A DNA stretch of 64,000 nt from Octopus vulgaris (Eukaryota). The notes beneath the pieces were generated by a model. It saw only the letters and a list, made by a program, of their open reading frames with translations. It had not been told where the DNA came from and made no database searches. A program made the translations under genes and the position numbers. Location of the stretch: assembly GCA_951406725.2 (NCBI GenBank), contig OX597819.1, positions 12,710,001 to 12,774,000 on the forward strand, given 5' to 3'. Positions 24,927 through 36,840 of the stretch are shown here, one piece after another. Position 1 is the first letter of the stretch, and every line of letters begins with the position of its first letter.

Positions 24927-25552
24927 TGATATATTTGTCTCTTTCAATAGAGCACTTCTATAGCAGTCCTATTAATCTTTTTGTTCCTAACAAGAAACAA
25001 TCACTGTTTATTAATATATATATATATATACACATACTACTAATAGTGTATTCTTATCTGACCTCTTCACCTCTTACCCATTTCTTCTCTTCCCAATCAT
25101 CTTTCTCTTTCACACCTCTCCTTTACTTTTCTTCTGATGAAGGACTATTGTCTGAAACATCAGTAGCCCTTCCCCTCCATTAAACCTATGCAATATTTGT
25201 TAAAACCTGTTCCTTCTGTGTTGCCCTCTTTTTGCTTTTGTTCATTACCTTCACAATGTGCTACTACCCCACCAATGTTTCGTCTCTGCCTTAATCAGTA
25301 TATTAGACGTGTCAGATTATAGACTATCTTTGTATTACTGTTATTATTTAAACCCAGGTTAGCAGAGTTATGATCAAAGGTGCTCCAGTTACGACCACAT
25401 GACCACACCAAATTCCCCCTCTTTGCCTTTCTTGTCAGTCTAATGTTTCCTTTAGTTCCCATGTTTTGTTTTCCATTATAATGCTCCATTTTGAAAAAGA
25501 GATTACCTAATCTGTAATAGCTGCTTTGCAAACCCATATATTGCTGCTTTTG

Positions 25553-25940
25553 TGGAGGTGCAATGGCCCAGTGGTTAGGGCAGCGGACTCGCGGTCATAG
25601 GATCGCGGTTTCGATTCCCAGACCGGGCGTTGTGAGTGTTTATTGAGCGAAAACACCTAAAAGCTCCATGAGGCTCCAGCAGGGGGTGGTGATGATCCCT
25701 GCTGTACTCTTTCACCACAACTTTCTCTCACTCTTACTTCCTGTTTCTGTTGTACCTGTATTTCAAAGGGCCGGCTTTGTCACTCTCTGTGTCACGCTGA
25801 ATATCCCCGGGAACTACGTTAAGGGTACACGTGTCTGTGGAGTGCTCAGCCACTTACACGTTAATTTCACGAGCAGGCTGTTCCGTTGATTCGGATCAAC
25901 CGGAACCCTCATCGTCGTAACCGTCGGAGTGCTTCCATCC
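25553..25940 (+). mobile_element. SINE family C, tail type 2, 13-bp TSD
   Basis: ATTGCTGCTTTTG at 25540-25552 and 25941-25953. Confidence 0.88.
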
Positions 25941-26289
25941 ATTGCTGCTTTTGCAAGCCCTATATATTGCTTGCTGGAGCAGACTCCGGCCATCTCTCTA
26001 GCAATAGGTGTTCATAACTGAGGATGAGCAAAACTAGCTCGAAACTGAACTGGTCTTGCGATCCTGTTGTCTGTCGGAGGTGAGTAAGAGTTTGCTCCCC
26101 TGCTTGCAATATATACAAGGTGCAAGCTGCACCTATAACCAGTTGGTGGAAGATCTGCCTGGAGTTAAAACAGCAGTAACATTGAACGGCCATATTGATG
26201 TAGCGATTATCTCTACTTATCAATTTTAAATATTTCTTGGAAAATTATAAAGATTTTGTTTTCTATTTCTTCTTGTGTTAATTCCTTAA

Positions 26290-26510
26290 CCCTTTAGCAT
26301 TTAAACTGGCCATATCCGGCCAAAAGTATTCTGCCTGTTTTATGTTCAAACTGGACAGATCTGGTCTCTCACACCAACCCTACAATATTGTTTTAAAAAT
26401 TAACAGCTACCTCATCAAAATCTCATAGCTACAAGATAATGCATGATTAGTTCAATACAATGAGGATGTAAAAGCATTAATTATGGTAGAATAATGTGAA
26501 CACTAAAGGG
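26290..26510. mobile_element. piggyBac-type MITE, 221 bp
   Basis: TTAA TSD; CCCTTTAG / CTAAAGGG termini. Confidence 0.85.
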
Positions 26511-26607
26511 TTAAATATCTGTTCTTGTCATGTAAAATTTATGAAATGAAAAAGAAAACTGTAAATTAACTCCAAACATTAATAATAAGTCAATCTTAAC
26601 ATTGCAG

Positions 26608-26715
26608 GCTGTTAACAATGGGTCTATCTCTTCTACAAGGGGTACTTCTTCCTAACAATTTAAGCCGCAGTGTACTTCGTGAGAGGGTCTATGCTGCAAC
26701 ATTAGACTACTTTTG
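26608..26715 (+). CDS. PI4KA: PI4KA exon 14 (LLTMGLSLLQG...VLRERVYAATLDYF)
   Basis: ttgcag / gtaagt; phase 2-2. Confidence 0.94.
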
Positions 26716-26832
26716 GTAAGTACCAAGTTTAATGGTTATTTGAAATGAGAAACTGTTTTCTTATTTCCACAGTTTGTTAGTGAATGAGTATGTTTGTTAG
26801 TGAATCAGTGATACTGATAATAAATGAAATTC

Positions 26833-27473
26833 ATCATCTCATTGTTTAACATCCATTTTCCATGCTGGCATGAGTTGGATGGGTTGACTGAGGTCTGGAG
26901 AGCCAGTGGCTGCACCAGGCCCCAATCTGATCTGGCAGTGTTTCTACAGCTTGATGCCCTTCCTAATGCCAACCACTCCAAGAGTGTAGTGGGTGCTTTT
27001 TATGTGCCGCTAGCACAGGGGCCAGTCAGGTGGGCCTGGGATCAATCACATTTGGATAGTGTTTTTTATGTGCCACCGGCACAAGAGCCAGTCGGGGTAC
27101 TGACATCAGCCATGTTCAGATGGTGCTTTTTATGTACCACCTGCACGGGAGTCAGTTAGGGGATACTGGCATCAGCCACGTTCAGATGGTGCTTTTTACG
27201 TGCTACCGGCACGGGAGCCAGTCAGTGGGTACTGGCTTTAGCATGTTCAGGTGGTGCTTTTTATGTGCCACTTGCATGAGAGTCAGTCAGGTGGGCCTGG
27301 GATTGATCACGTTTAGATAGTGCTTTTTATATGCCACTGGCATGACAGCCAGTCAGGGGGTACTGGCATCGGCCGTATTCAGATGGTGCTTTTTACGTAC
27401 CACCTGCACGGGAGTCAGTCAGAGGATCTGGCATTGGCCACATTCAGATGGTGCTTTTTACATGCCACTGGCA
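26833..27473 (-). mobile_element. RTE 3'UTR fragment with 8 tandem approx. 65-bp units (other tail copies near 70, 3992, 10470, 18238, 21765, 28282, 28780, 33191, 35240, 60070, 60842)
   Basis: GTGCTTTTTA(C/T)GTGCCAC recurs about every 65 bp from 26992 to 27470. Confidence 0.8.
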
Positions 27474-27511
27474 CTAATTAAAATTGTTGAGAGAACACTT
27501 GATATCAACAT

Positions 27512-27718
27512 ACTCTTTACTCTTTTACTTGTTTCAGTCATTTGACTGCGACCATGCTGGAGCACCGCCTTTTTTTAGTCGAGCAAATTGACCCCGGGAC
27601 TTATTCTTTGTAAGCCCAGTACTTATTCTATCGGTCTCACTTTGCCGAAGTGACGGGGACGTAAACACACCAGCATCGGTTGTCAAGCAATGCTAGGGGG
27701 ACAAACACAGACACACAA

Positions 27719-27789
<71 letters not shown>

Positions 27790-27962
27790 CATATATACGA
27801 CAGGCTTCTTTCAGTTTCCATCTACCAAATCCACTCACAAGGCATTGGTCGGCCCGGGGCTATAGCAGAAGACACTTGCCCAAGATGCCACACAGTGGGA
27901 CTGAACCCGCAACCATGTGGTTGGTTAGCAAGCTGCTTACCACACAGCCACTCCTGCGCCTA
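27512..27962 (-). mobile_element. SINE family A with expanded (CA)n
   Basis: Full-length reverse complement copy. Confidence 0.87.
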
Positions 27963-29515
27963 TGTGTGGATATTGTAATGACTTTCTGTTCCAAGTTACT
28001 GAACTAATTTAGAAGACTTGAAATGGAAAATAGTGAAGAATGCAGTAAATTATCAAGATATTAAGTAATACAAGAGTTGAATCAGCAAATTATAAAATGG
28101 TGATTATAAAAGTCATCATAAAAAGAAGACAATAGTCTTTTATCTCTGAAGTAGACTTCATTTAAGAAAAAACATTTGTAGATACTAGGTGTTTCTAGGT
28201 GGCAGTAACTGTAAGGAGATAATTACTTCTAGATTAATCATGGTGTGTTAGAAGACGAACAAAGATCCTGCATGGAATATACATCATCATCATCATTTAG
28301 CGTCCGCTTTCCATGCTAGCATGGGTTGGACGGTTCAACTGGGGTCTGGGAAGCCAGAAGGCTGCACCAGGCCCAGTCTGATCTGGCAGTGTTTCTACGG
28401 CTGGATGCCCTTCCTGAGCCAACCACTCCGTGAGTGTAGTGGGTGCTTTTTACGTGCCACCCGCACATGTGCCAGATGGAGCTGGCAAACGGTCACGAAT
28501 GGATGGTGCTTTTACGTGCCACCGGCATGGGGGCCAGGCGAGGCTGGCAACAGCCACAAACGGATGGTGTTACGTGCCACCGGCACGGAGGCCAGGCGAG
28601 GCTGGCAACGGACACGAACGGATGGTGCTTTTACGTGCATGTTTAAATATTTTCTTGTAGGGTTTCTATCTGAAACACTGTTATGCTAAACAGTGTTTTG
28701 CTTTTTTGCTGCTACCCTTTCATATCTGCCTTCGTTAAAATTAATTTTATGCTTTGATTCTTTATATCTTTTTAAAACCCATTGTGCTTGAGAAGATCTG
28801 ACAAGCCAAGTGAAATTGTAGTTGTGGCTGACGCTGGTTTCACATAACTGGAACCCATGCTGGTGGCATGTAAAAACACTGTTCAAGCGTTGGGCCTCAC
28901 GGAAGCAAAGTGGTTGATGCCAGTGGCACGTGAAAAGCTCCTTTTGAGTGTTAGGCCTCACGGAAGCAAAGTGACTGATACTGGTGGCATGTGAAAAGCT
29001 TTTGATTGTTGGGCCTCATGGAGGCAATGACCGAGACCTTTGGCATTATTGTTGTGCTTGAGAAGATAAAAGATAAAATAAGCCAAGATAAAATAGCAGT
29101 CGTGACAGATACTGGTGTCATGTAACTCTCAGAGTGGTTGGTGTTAGGAAGGGCATCCAGTTCTAAAATCCGTACCAAATCAGAGTGGAGTTTGGTGCAG
29201 CCTTCCAGTTTGCTAGCCCTGGTCAAAGTGTCCAGCTCATGCCAGGATTAAGTAATTAAACTTGTGGGTTAGTTTCTCAGATTTTAATTGTGCATGTTAA
29301 TTTTCGCTTTCAGAATAACTTCTCTGAATTCCTCTCTAACAGATCTCACATAGTATAACAACATTGTTTTAATTTCACTCATGGAATTGCTCAGACATCT
29401 CTCTATTTTCTTCATACAAGATTTGTCTTATTTCCTTTTGAATGTATTTCTCAGCTGTATTACCCTCCATGTCATAAGTTATAAATATTTTGCCCCCAAA
29501 TGTATATATTTCTAG

Positions 29516-29643
29516 TGGTCCTGTAATCTGCCCAACTCAGCGTGGTTCTGAGTTAAGGGAAGACATCATCAGTTTGATAAAGTTCTGGAAATTGATGCAT
29601 GCTGACAAGAAATATCTTAAGTCCAATGTGTTACCATTCTGCG
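29516..29643 (+). CDS. PI4KA: PI4KA exon 15 (GPVICPTQRGSELREDIISLIKFW...DKKYLKSNVLPFC)
   Basis: ttctag / gtaagt; phase 2-1. Confidence 0.94.
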
Positions 29644-31549
29644 GTAAGTTAGTACCAATGCTTTTGGCAAACTCTTCTAACAAAGACAATATTTTTATTT
29701 TGGTTTTTTTTCAGTTTTTTTTCTGATTCTCAATTCATTTTTATATGAATGACATTTTGAATTATTCTTATTTATGTATGTAAAATAACAATAAGTCAAC
29801 AGAGCTGTTTACTTTTTCTTTTCTTTCTCTTTTTAAAGAATAAAACTTAGAAAACTAGCTATTGAATTCATATAAGTCAAATTAATTTCTAATTAGTGTA
29901 TATAGATCTGCATGCACATGCACGCCCTCTTGTATACAGAGATATAATCATGTTGAAAATAGGACTATTGAAAATTTCAAGTTTGGTGTAAAAAAACTGT
30001 CTTTCATCATTTTATCAATGGCCATCAGGTTTATGGAGATTTCACATCAATTTAAAAAAAAAACTATAGTCGTATTTCCAACATTAACGAAAGCATATAT
30101 GCTGTACAAATATATTTTTGCCTTTGCTTTAGATAATTGGCGCCGTAGTGTCCAGTCTTTTCTTCTTCTCTTCTGCAATTATTGCTAGCCATTTGCTGAT
30201 TAAGCATTTCATTCTTTGTCATAGTTTCTATGCTTCATTAGTATTGTAGATTAGCCTTAATTCCTTAGCAAAACGAATATATAAATGTTCTTTTGTGTAA
30301 TAATAGTTATTCTATTTGTCTTTTTTTTTATCATGTAAAAAGTTTTATGAACCAAACTTTTGGATTCACCTTAACATTTCCTCCATTTCCTGTAAATCTG
30401 AGACCAGAATTAAGGATTCAACATCTTTCAGTGTTATTTAATTCAGTTTTTCTGTAAATATAATTATTCTGTATTCATTGGTCTGTGGCCAGTTGGAACA
30501 CTGTTTTCAAATGTAGTATTCTGATAAATATTTTTTCTTAAAATACACCAAAAAAAAAAAAATTGCAAAGAAAACCGTTATTTAAGAATATCTTCTATTT
30601 TAGAAAGAAAGTAGAACATTTTTTTCAAGTATTTCTCTCTGGTATAAATTTTCCGTTTCTGTCTTATTTCAGCTGCTTCAGGTTTGACATAATTATTTGA
30701 CTCAATATTATCTTTGCATGTCTTTAATCTTTTCTGATTGATATGTTTCTGCCAATTATATGTTTTGTTTCCAATAATCAACAGTTGGATGTCCACACAT
30801 CTCTTTACTTATTCAGCTTATAAGCCTCAGTCATATTTTGTAACTGTTGCTGTCTTTTGACTCCTGAATCTTTCTTACACGTCTGTGCATGTCAATGTGT
30901 TGAGTGTTTCTTTATGATTCTCATTAAGTAATCTTGAGTTTGAAGGATTGAGCGTGTGCAAACTAATTAATCAGCTATGCATACAAACTAATTAATTAGC
31001 TGTGCATTGGACAGTGGTCAAGGCATGTGAAGGAGTGAGATGGCAGTTCTGATGGAATGAGAATTAGTGACAATTGTTTTGCATTAAACTGAGAATTTAG
31101 GAAATGGTAAGCTAAGAAAACCCAAATGAAGATAATTGGTAATATAGACAATGAAGAACTGTAAAAGAAATAGCAAATACAGCAGATATTTTCAACAAAT
31201 GCTGACAAGGAAAATGGCTGTAGGATCCAACTGTTTCATAATTTCTTAATCATTTGCAGTAATTGTCTCTTGATGTGGAAAAATATTATTTCTTGGGTAC
31301 TTTTCAAAATTTCAATTTGAATTCTAGACCAGTTCTCAGTTTGAATTCTATGTTACCAGTTCTGTGATTACTAATCTTTTTTCTTTGAAATATAATTATA
31401 TTTTCTTCATTTACTTTTATCATGGATGTCATTATTAAATATACTATCACTATCATAAATAACTGTTACCATGATTGGTTGACCCAATACTTTCAATTGT
31501 AAAAACCAATTCCAACCAGTTAACAAAAGACTCATTTCCCTGCAATTAA

Positions 31550-31770
31550 CCCTTTAGCATTTAAACTGGCCATATCCGGCCAAAAGTATTCTGCTTGTTT
31601 TATGTTCAAACTGGCCGTATCTGGTCTCTTACACCAACCCTACAATATCGTTTTAAAAATTAACAGCTACCTCATCAAAATCTCATAGCTCCAAGATAAT
31701 GCCTGATTAGTTCAAAACAATGAGGATGAAAAAGCATTAATTTTGGCAGAATAATGCGAACACGAAAGGG
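31550..31770. mobile_element. piggyBac-type MITE, second highly similar copy
   Basis: TTAA TSD, same length and orientation as 26290-26510. Confidence 0.85.
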
Positions 31771-34700
31771 TTAATAGATGTGTGCGTGTTCCTCCTAGAT
31801 TACTTGTCTCCATACATTGTCTTACTGTTTCAACAAACACCGAATTTGCAAAATTCCTTGCCTCTCTTCATCAAGAGGTTTACCTGTCATCCAGTTTCGG
31901 CCACAAAACTACTATCCCTTCTGCATGAATCCTTCAAGATTCTTGGAAACAATTTATTCTTTCTTAGATGTCTTTTAGTCAAATAAAACTAATGTATTTA
32001 GCTAATGTCTTCAATTGGTTCCAACAATTCCTAATATCACATTAGATTTTCCCATGGAATTTTTAAACAAGAACTGGAGATTTTTCTCATTGGTGTTATC
32101 TCTTTATTTCAGATCCTTAGAAGGACATAGATTTTACTTTCTGTTGATACTTTGTGTAAGATTAATCCTTTTATTTGGCCATATTTCTTATAAAGTATAT
32201 TTCTGATGTAGTCATCTGTGTACCATATTTAATGTATATACACCATTGAGAGGTATGAAGCTGTGGTTTTTGCTTGAGAGAAAATCTCTTTATAGATATG
32301 TCGTGTTAAAAACACACCGACAAAAACCATAGCAATCATGCCTTCCAGTGGTGCATATGCATTTAGTATGATGCACAGATGGCTGTTTTTATTTAATGCA
32401 GTTTCCATCATGTACGTCAGTGCTTCTAATGTCTTTCAATTAATTTGGAACAAAGCAAAAATTTGGTGGGATATTTAGGAAAATGACTTTGGCATTCTTA
32501 AGAAAATTCCAGTTCACAAAAGGTTTTAACATAAAAGTATGTTGGAAGATTTCAATTTAGATATGATTTTGTATCAGAGAACCAGAGGCAGTTTAGGTGA
32601 GTTGGTATTAAGAGTTAAATATGCTTCTTTCATATATTGTATCAAGGTGAGATGTGAAAGTTTGACAGTAAAATAGGTGCAACAACTTGTTGCAAACTCG
32701 TTAGATTTTATCTCTGAGAAGCTGTCATTTCACTGCCATAGCAATATATTATAATGTAGGTTGTTTTATTTGTACACGTTTTTGTTATTAAAGGCCATAA
32801 GTCCTAGCTTGACATAATTATGTACATTATCCCATAAGGTGACCTCATCTCAACCTCCTGTCACTCAAAGACAGGAATAATAAATTCTAATCTACAGAAT
32901 ACTCTCGCTTGTTCGTTGCAACATTTGTAACTGCAATCTGTTGTGATGATGATGATGGTGATGATAATAGTAATGGTCTCAAATTTTGGCAGAGGGCCAG
33001 CAATTTTTGGGGGAGATGGAAAGTTGATTACATCCATTCCAGTAATCAATTGTTACTTTTATTGGACCCAAAAGGATGAAAGGTAAAGTTAGCCAAGGCG
33101 GAATTTGAACTCAGAATGTAAAGACTTGGAAGAAATGCCATTAAACATTTTGTCTGATATGCTAACAATTCTGCCAGATCACTGCCATAATCATCATCAT
33201 CATCATTTAACATCCATTGTCCATACTGGCATGGGTTGGACAGTTTGACCAGGGCTGGTAAGCTGGAAAGCTGCACCAGACTTAAGTCTGATTTGGCATG
33301 GTTTCTATGGCTGGATGCCCTTCCTAATGCCAACCACTCTGAGAGTGTAATGGGTGCTTTTATGTGCCAGTTGTGTGTCACCCGTATCTGCTAAGACTAC
33401 AATTTCACTTGGCTTGATGGCTCTTCTCAGGCACAGCCTATTTTTAAAGGTCTTGGTTTTTTGTCATTGCCTCCATGAGGATCAACTCTTGAAAGGTGCT
33501 TTTTATGTGCCACCAGCATGGATGCTAGTTACATGACACCAGCATTGGCCACATTGCCTTCATGAGGCCCAATGCTTGAAAGGTACTTTATATGTGCCAC
33601 TGGCATGGGTGCCAGTTACCTGACACTGGCATCGGCCGTGACTATGATTTCACTTGGCTTGATGTACCTTCTCAGGCACGGCGTATCGCCAAAGGTCTTG
33701 GTCACTAGTCATTGCCTCCATGAGGCCCAACGTTCAAAGATCATGCTTCATTACCTCTATGACGGTTTCAAATTTTTGGCAATTTTATGAGTTAGGGTAA
33801 GTTGATTACATCAACCCCATTGTTCAACTGGTATTTTATTGGCCCTGAATGGATGGAAGGCAAAATCAGCCTTGACAGAATTTGAACTCAAACGTAAGCC
33901 CAAATCAAATGCCACTAACCATTTTGCCCAGCATGCTTACAATTCTGCTATTTCACTGCTGTAAAAATAATAATAATAATAAGTCATGTGCTGTTTATCT
34001 TGATACGAGGTCACCATGTTTTACACACATAGTTGTGAAGCATGTGCCTAGTGTATCCTTATCAGACAGGTAGTCATGATGAGTGTATGGGGCTTCATAT
34101 AATTGTATGCTTCTGCCACTTCAATAATAATAATAATATGATGATGATGATAAACATAATAATAATGATTTGTAAGATAGGTAGAGATCTATTAGATATT
34201 ATTAGCTTGGATTAAAGCTAGTTACATCAATGCCAGTTGTCAACAGAGGCTTATTTTATCAACTCTGTTGAAATGAAAGTTGAAATCCCATCAAGGTGAG
34301 ATTGGAACTAAGAATATAAAGTTCCTTGACTAAATTCTGCAAAACATTTTGTCCATCATTCTACCAATTCTGTCAGTAATTACAATTATTATTCTTATAA
34401 CAGTAACAGGTAAGTATAAATAAGATGTTCCGTCTAAATTGTCAATATATTTCTGTCTTTTCATATGAACATAGTTGAGTGTTGCTTAAATATTTATATC
34501 CTTGTTTAATCTCTTCTAATTTTTGTCAGCTTATTGCATTCTTTACAGTGGCATTCCCTCATTTAATTTCTGTCGTCAGCAACAGTTGCCATCGTCAGAT
34601 GTATACAGATTGCTTAATGATTCAAGAATTTAAAAACTAACAATCATATCTTTTCATTGATATGTACTGTGTCTCTTGGATGTTTTATTTCTAATAAATC

Positions 34701-35580
34701 ACTTTGATATTTTAAGTTATCAGGGGACATTCCTATAGTATTCCCCCTCTCTGCCATTCTGCAGCCTACTTCCTATGTAACAGTATCCTTTATCATCTAC
34801 AAAAATTACTTTCTGGGAAATACTGTTTTATGTGAACTGTCATTTTATAAGTGCTTGTTTATTGTTGTTTTTGCTTACTTTTTTTTTGTTGTTTTATGTT
34901 ATAGAATTTTCATTTAATGTGTTGTTGAAAACTTCCAGTCCTTTGGTTAGGATAAAAATTATGGTAGAGTCTTGTGTTGAGAATCTGACAGTATTCAGAT
35001 CTGTTACTCTTGCAAAATGATTCCATCATGGAATAATGGTGTTACCTGTCAGATCAGCCCAAATTGAGCAACATTATGCTCAAAAGTATTCCACTCATGA
35101 CAATTCCAACACTTTGTACAGCTAGGGTATTACTTTCTAATGTGCCCTTTTCTTAAGAGGGCAGTGTGGTTGCTATTTCCTGGTTTAGTGACCTTGAAGT
35201 GCTCCCTAATTGGAATAAGGTTTTAAAATTTACATAAAGTGCTGGTGTAACATAAAAAGCTCCCAGTATGCTCTGTAAAGTGGTTGGTGTTAGGAAGGGC
35301 CACCAGCTGTCAAAACCTTGCCAAAGCAGACAATTAGAGCCTGGTGCAGCTCTTGGGTTTGTCAGCTCCCGTCTAACTGTCCAACCCATGCCAGCACAGA
35401 AAATAGACGTTAAATTATGATGATAGTGATGAGTGCAGTTAATAATTACAGGAACTACAAATAGATAAGAAGTGTTGAGAAAGGACAAGTGTAAACCTGT
35501 AACCTTAACAAATCCATGAATGGCTGATTTATGAGTATTATACTTTGATAAATGAAAACCTTCAAAGTGTGACTCTAGAG

Positions 35581-35781
35581 CAGTGGTTTTCAACCAGGGT
35601 TCCACCAGTACAGTCCAGGGATTCCGCAAGAAGTTACAAAACTGCTAAAATCGGCTGTAATTTTTAATTCTCCTGTGCAGATATGTGTGCATAAGACTAT
35701 TAAATTATTGCACAGGTGTTCCTCGAGCCAGTGGAATGTTTCCTTGGGGTTCCGCTCCAGCAAAAAGTTTGAAAAGCACTG
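35581..35781. mobile_element. hAT (Charlie/Buster-type) MITE
   Basis: CAGTGGTTTTCAA / TTGAAAAGCACTG TIRs; perfect 8-bp TSD CTCTAGAG (35573-35580, 35782-35789). Confidence 0.9.
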
Positions 35782-35903
35782 CTCTAGAGTGTGCTGGAAT
35801 TGAGTCAATAACAAATAATACTTCTATGAAATTCTATATTGGCTGAAATGAGATTACAGAGAAAATACCAAGATCTTCAAAATATTGGAATTGGATTAGA
35901 CAT

Positions 35904-36135
35904 TAACATTTTGATAGCAACCTGTAAGAGACTGGATTTTGCTTGTATGATACAAACTTACTGTTTTAAAGTGATATAAATTAAAAAATATACCCATCAA
36001 AATTTCATATTAGTTTGTGTTTCGAACACTAGTTTAATAATGACAAAGTTATTTTACTATATTTTTCATCATTTCCAAAATAAATTGAAACAAAAGCAGT
36101 GCATTTCAACAGAAATACAGTAATAAAAGGGTTAA
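35904..36135. mobile_element. Older TTAA-type MITE family (relatives near 3090-3295, 6315-7428 interrupted, 32380-32620, 50436-50580)
   Basis: Ends in AAAGGGTTAA; shared AGTTTAATAATGACAAAGTTATTTTA...ATTTCAACAGAAATA core. Confidence 0.65.
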
Positions 36136-36695
36136 TATATAAGGCTACAAGAAAATAGTTAACCCTGTAAAATCCACTTTGTAGTATACACAGAGTAATT
36201 GCCAGAGCTTTGACATGAATCCATCGTCATACTCATTCACAGCTACACGTAGAATGATACAAACACTCTTAGCTTTAGTATGTTTGATTCCTCAGCTAGA
36301 AATGGCAATATGTAACCAATACCAAACTGTTGCTTTATCAGAATTGTTTTGGACATTAAATTGTAAGATTTTGGTTTTATAATTTCTTTTCTTTTCTTTT
36401 TTTTAATTTTTTATTTCTGTTCAAACAATTAAATTCCTCTCCTGTCCATATTCTTTAAGTATATTCAACAAATTCTCAGTTTTTGTGAATAAGTTAGATA
36501 CGAGATCCAGTTGTTGAGATAGAGGTTAGTGGGCCTGTTCTTTTACACAGTTACTCTCTTTCACACTGCTATTTAAAGAAAATACTTCAGTCATCTAAAT
36601 TAATAATAATAATAATAAAAACATTATAGAACGAACATTTTTTCTAGAAATGTTTACTGTTGTTGTACAGCGGAAATTTTTTTGCTCTCATTACA

Positions 36696-36840
36696 AACAT
36701 TTGGCTTTAGTGTTGTGCTGCACATTGTTAAATTTTTGATTGCCTTATATTGTGAACATTTGGCCATATTGTTGTGTTGCACATTATAAATTCTTTACTG
36801 CCACATATTGTGAACATTTAGCCTTGTTTGTGCTATGTCG
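36696..36840. repeat. Approx. 2.4 copies of a 58-59-bp tandem unit
   Basis: AACATTT(G/A)GC at 36696, 36755, 36813; GCACATT and ATATTGTG repeated. Confidence 0.75.

Noticed and set aside
25553-25625. Functional tRNA gene (also 6446, 1575-1650 and family A heads)
   Set aside because: A/B boxes continue into SINE bodies with TSDs; no complete acceptor stem
26991-27473. CRISPR-like regularly spaced repeats
   Set aside because: Spacers are related to each other, repeats are degenerate, the array lies inside an RTE 3'UTR, the context is eukaryotic and there are no cas genes
34580-34600. 21-nt in-frame microexon candidate
   Set aside because: Donor AT|gtatac is too weak to support a call
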